Assembly (NCBI GenBank): GCA_964016885.1
Contig: OZ024741.1
Coordinates: forward strand, 223,014,001 to 223,078,000
Direction of reading: 5' to 3'
From: Eledone cirrhosa
Lineage: Eukaryota
DNA: 64,000 nt
Made by a program: the position numbers and the translations under genes. A model generated the notes under the pieces. That model worked only from the letters and a program-made list of their open reading frames with translations, ran no database searches and had not been told where the DNA came from. Shown here piece by piece: positions 56,315 to 64,000 of this stretch. How positions within the stretch are numbered: position 1 is the stretch's first letter; each line of letters starts with the position of its first letter.

Positions 56315-56399
56315 CATACATACACATATACACATACATACATATATATATATATATATAAATATATACTCACATACACACATACATACACATACACAT

Positions 56400-59300
56400 A
56401 CTGATATAACCACAGATGAAATTGATATCATACTAACAGCCAGAAAAACTCTTATTAACTTCAACAATGAATATTGGACCCGCTCAGATAGAGATAGAAA
56501 CTTTGATATCACTATGGGGGCATCCGATTCTGCGCAAATCATAGATCTTCTGGGAATTTTCATATTAAATATGATAAATAGCAAACTGCCGGAGATTACC
56601 GGTGGTTTATATAGGGACGACATTTTATTTACGGTGGTCAAACACAACAATATTGAACTAAATAGAGTAAAGAAAAGTATAATAGAATTCTTTAAAATGT
56701 ATGACCTTAAGTTAGAAGTAGAAAATGGTACCAAAATAGTTAATTTCCTTGACGTTACGTTTAACTTAAACACTGGCTTTTATTACCCTTTTCATAAGCC
56801 CAATGAAAACTTAAACTATGCTAGTAACCATTCCAATCACCCTAAATCTGTAAAAAAAAAAAGCTATAGTACACATATACATACATGTGTGCAAAAACGA
56901 ATTAATAAAATATCAGCCAATAAAGCTATATTTGATGAAAACGCTGAATACTACAACAACGCGTTAAAAAGAGCAGGATATGTGAATAATATAGAATATG
57001 TAGAAAATAATAATCCAAGTCTTAATCTTGATAAAAATAATAACATATATAAACGAAACTCTAATAATTATAATTCAAACACCCATATGCCAAATAAATT
57101 GAGGAAAAGAACTAGAACTAAATCAGTCATATGGTTTGCCCCCCTGCTTCGGTCCCAGTTAGGACACCAATTGCAAAACTATTCTTTAATGCTTTGGACA
57201 CCTCTTTCCCTACTCAACATAAATACCATTCCATTTTTAATAGACACACCATTAAATTGTCGTATTCTACAACTATGAACATGGCCCAAAACATTGCCAA
57301 ATTAAACACTAAAATTCTAAAACAAAACCAGCATAATGATCTTAATAATAGCGTTAACATAAATGATACTAAACCAAAATGTAATTGTAGAAATAAAACT
57401 GACTGCCCTCTGCAAAATAATTGTCTAGATAGTAATTTGGTTTATAAATGCACCGTAAAAACTGATCACAACACATACAACTACATAGGATCGACTTCTA
57501 CATTTAAACCCAGATTTGCGAACCATAAATGCTCATTCTCGAACTCCAAGAGGAAATCATCCACTTCTTTATCACAGCTCATATGGCCAGTAAAAGATAG
57601 GAATTTAAAATACTCCATTCTTTGGACGAAACTTCGGAATTGTGGAGTTTACCGCAACTCTAGTATATCAAATAACTGCGCGCTCTGTACAATGGAGACA
57701 CTGTTGATTATTAATAACTATGAGACCCTAATTAACAAAAAAAGTGAATTATTCTCTAGTTGCCTTCATAAAACTACGTCTACATTCCTAGCCTCCCATA
57801 AGACCAGAAAAAAAAGAGAAAAAAACACTAAGCCATTAAACTTGGTTTTCAGGCGTAAAAACATTAATGGCCTTTAACATTGCATTATCTTATAACTATC
57901 TATAGAAGAAATAACGCTCGAATGAATGACACTTGTTCAATAACACGCTGACACGTTGATATACATAACATAATATTATTAACTTTGATCCATACCATTA
58001 TTTCTCTATCTTTATTTTTCTATCTAAGTTTTAATTTTAGTTTAAATATCCAACCTGTATATTTTTATGGAACTTATTTTTAACTGTGAATCATTCATGT
58101 GTTTACATTTTTTATTTATAATATGTATGTACTTATCTTTTGTAAGTTTTTAAATATTCCTACCTTATTTTTCTATCCATGATTCAAATATAGAGCAAAT
58201 ATCCAACCTGTAAATTTTTACGGACCTTATTTTGAACTGTGAATTATCCTTGCATTTATTATTATTTTTCTTATATATATGTATGTATTTAACTGTAGCA
58301 CGTTGAAATCTATTATATAAGATTATAATCGTTATCTTTTACCTAAAGTATACTGTATAACTAATACTTAATATATATCTATATATATATCTCTCTGTAT
58401 CTCTCTATACCTAATTTTTAGATAACTTTTTAATTTTTAGATTATTTATTTTGAACTGTGAATAATTCATGCCTTTACACTCTTTTATATATATGTATCT
58501 ATTTAACTTTAGCATGTTTGAATCTATTATTTTATATTCGTTATCATTTACCTAAAATATACTGGCTCATTAATATTTAGTATACCTCTATATACCTAAT
58601 CGTTATTTTTGCAAATAAGTGTATCTGTATAATAACATAATCTTATTATTAGTTACGTATATCACAGCTTTTGATTTTTTTGCATATATATCTATAGTGT
58701 ATTATAACATAATTACCGTTTAGTTTAACGTTTAGTTTGTGCAAATATAGATATTTGTATAATAGCATATTTATTTGATGTACTTTATATAGAGATTTAA
58801 TATAATATAACAAATATTAATTTATTACCATAATTCCACACATATATATATATATATATAAGTTGCTGGAAACTCTGCGTTAATAATTACACTAACTACT
58901 TGAAAATTAATTTTTAGATATTTCTAACAATAAGTACTTCATAAGCTTTACATACCGAAAATGTTGACATTTTTATAGGTAATTTTCGTTAAAGATTACA
59001 TTTAGGAAAATATTCAACAGTGTAAATTTTCCTTTCGCTGGCCAGGTAAATCCTTTAAATTTTATCCTCATAAAATTCAGAAGTTTAGAAATGTTTACAC
59101 ATTTATAGAATTTATAAAATTAATAAATATAAAAAACCATGAACTTTAAAAAAAACCTAAAATCTTGAATCTTCACCCTTAAAATAACATAAATTAAATA
59201 TTTTGAAACTTAACCGTTTAGCTTTTAGGAAAAAAAATCTCTTTCTGGATATATTACTCCCCTTTATCTTTCCCTCTCTTTAAATCCTCTATCAGCGGCC

Positions 59301-59656
59301 TCCATAAACAGTTATAATTCATGAGACGTTTTCCTAGATAAACATAACTTGTAGTATCCCACATTTTAAAATCTCTATAGCTGTCACATTAACCAACGTT
59401 TTTCTTACTCACACATTCTCTATTGAATTTATTACGTTTTCGCATTTTCTCATTATTAGGGTATAAATGTTGAGTTTTCTCTTAGGTTAATCACTACCTT
59501 GATTAAATCTTAACCATTTAACATCTCAGGGTATGTCATGTATCATTATATTTTGTCTGATGAGGACGTACTGTTGTACCTCTGAAATATGTATAATAAA
59601 ATTTAATTGATCAAAAGAACATCTATTATCTATTTTATTAATATTTGTATTTTAAT
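56400..59656 (+). mobile_element. 5'-truncated PLE, probably Hydra clade (RT plus GIY-YIG, frameshifted), long 3' region, HHR at 59550-59602
   Basis: [25 protein letters not shown]; CNCRNKTDCPLQNNC (CxCx5Cx5C); LVYKC..YIGST; NKKSELFSSCLH. Confidence 0.85.
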
Positions 59657-59670
59657 ATATATATATATAT

Positions 59671-60377
59671 ATTGTTATGCTTTGGGAGGGGCATGTTGGC
59701 AATAAGAAACACACGCACCAGTTGCTTTCACTCCAATTTATTATAAATTAAATTTATAAATTTCTGGTTGGTTGGTTGGTTCCACAACCAGACGATTGTT
59801 CATATATTGTCATATATATATACACACAGAAAAGACGCAATGTTTAGACAAATTACACAGAGGCAATAAACATAAATGAACTCCAACCAACATTAAATAG
59901 AAAACATGAATGGAATAGCAACATCACAACTTACAATTAAGGACAAAATAAAAACACACACACACACATAGAACAAACAACAAACCAGTAACAGGTAAAT
60001 AAACAAGTAAATAAAAAAATATAAACTCACACTGACACCCGGATGTAACACATGCGCAAACTAAGCACACAACATTCACAAAACAAGATGGCGTAGGACA
60101 GAACAAAGGAGAGGCACAAAAACAAAGAAAAGAATCCCCAGTCACTGAAGAGGTCACAGAATGTATGACCAAAGAACTTTGACAATATATGAACAATCGT
60201 CTGGTTGTGGAACCAACCAACCGGAAGTTTATAAATTATTAAATTTATAATAAATTGGAGTGAAAGCAACTGGTGCGTGTGTTTCTTATTGGCAACATGA
60301 CCCTCCCAAACATAACAATATCGGTTTCAACACACGTTTTCAGATAAAGAATCTTGGTAAACAAATTCAGAAACGAA
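59671..60377 (+). mobile_element. Short PLE 3' end (same family as 45-49 kb) with inverted terminus; HHR with GAAA>CAAA at 60141-60183
   Basis: 59671-59812 is the inverse of 60180-60320; body matches 46215-46745. Confidence 0.85.
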
Positions 60378-63134
<2,757 letters not shown>

Positions 63135-63203
63135 TATTGTTATACTTTGGGAGGGTCATGTTGCCAATAAGATAAAGAATCTTGCTAAACAAATTCAGAA
63201 ACG

Positions 63204-63238
<35 letters not shown>

Positions 63239-63239
63239 A

Positions 63240-64000
63240 TACGATATTAACAAATGAAAACTATATTTATAAAACCATATTTATTTTATTATACATATTT
63301 CAAGGACACCGCGTTAAATTATGGTGTGCTTTCATCAGACAAAATACAATATAGATCAGTTTTATAAATAAATATTGACATACCCTTAAACAATGCAACC
63401 ATTACTGTTGGAAGCTCCCGGGTAGTGGAGTTGTTTACTTATATTATTATTAGTATTGGATATTTTTATTTTTAAAATAAGTCGTTGGCTTACAGAGAAA
63501 GAAAAAGAAGGAGAGAGAGAAAAAGAGAGAAAGAAAGAAAAAAGAGAGAAAAGAGAGAGAGATATACCAAAACAACAGAGAGAGAAAAAATATAGCGATA
63601 GAGAGGAGAGAACGAAAACACTAAGACATATCTATTTATTTATTTATTTATTTATTCTCAATTGTTAAGTTAACTCAACAAGATATGACTTAGTGTTTTC
63701 GTTCTCTCCCCTTCTCTCTGTCTCCTCTCTATCTCTATATTTTTTCTCTCTCTGTTGTTTTGGTATATCTCTCTCTCTTTTCTCTCCTTTTTCTTTTTTC
63801 TTTCTTTCTCTCTTTTTCTCCTTTTTCTTTCTCTGTAAGCCAACGACTTATTTTAAAAATAAAAATATCCAATACTAATAATAATATAAGTAAACAACTC
63901 CACTACCCGGGAGCTTCCAACAGTAATGGTTGCATTGTTTAAGGGTATGTCAATATTTATTTATAAAACTGATCTATATTGTATTTTGTCTGATGAAAGC
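63240..64000. repeat. Fold-back palindrome of an HHR-bearing terminus (HHR 63282-63346 -, partial + copy cut by the window end)
   Basis: Arms 63329-63633 and 63681-64000+; UAUUUUGU-CUGAUGA-[..ACACCAU..GCGGUGU..]-GAAA-UAUGUA-UA-AUAAAAUA. Confidence 0.88.

Overview
AT-rich metazoan genomic DNA, most likely an octopus (inferred from the SINE/RTE families and very large (TA)n arrays). The first 20 kb holds two convergent genes: the last two exons of coatomer beta (COPB1, +) and a complete five-coding-exon Regnase-1/MCPIP1 (ZC3H12-family) RNase gene (-, about 792 aa), interspersed with tRNA-SINEs and LINE relics. From about 20 kb to the end there is no host gene. That region is a nested mosaic of Penelope-like elements (PLEs; RT plus GIY-YIG, several clades) inserted into (TA)n microsatellites. 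By eye I find about 24 type-I hammerhead-ribozyme (HHR) motifs on both strands, of which some are degenerate. They include a family with a ~100-nt stem II and a 114-bp HHR micro-element repeated inside a 9-kb TA array. The window also has many fold-back palindromes, several built from PLE/HHR termini, and one lies in the Regnase-1 3' UTR. The HHR-PLE association itself is known; the specific variants and their arrangement here are the items worth testing. There is one N gap at 36366-36565.
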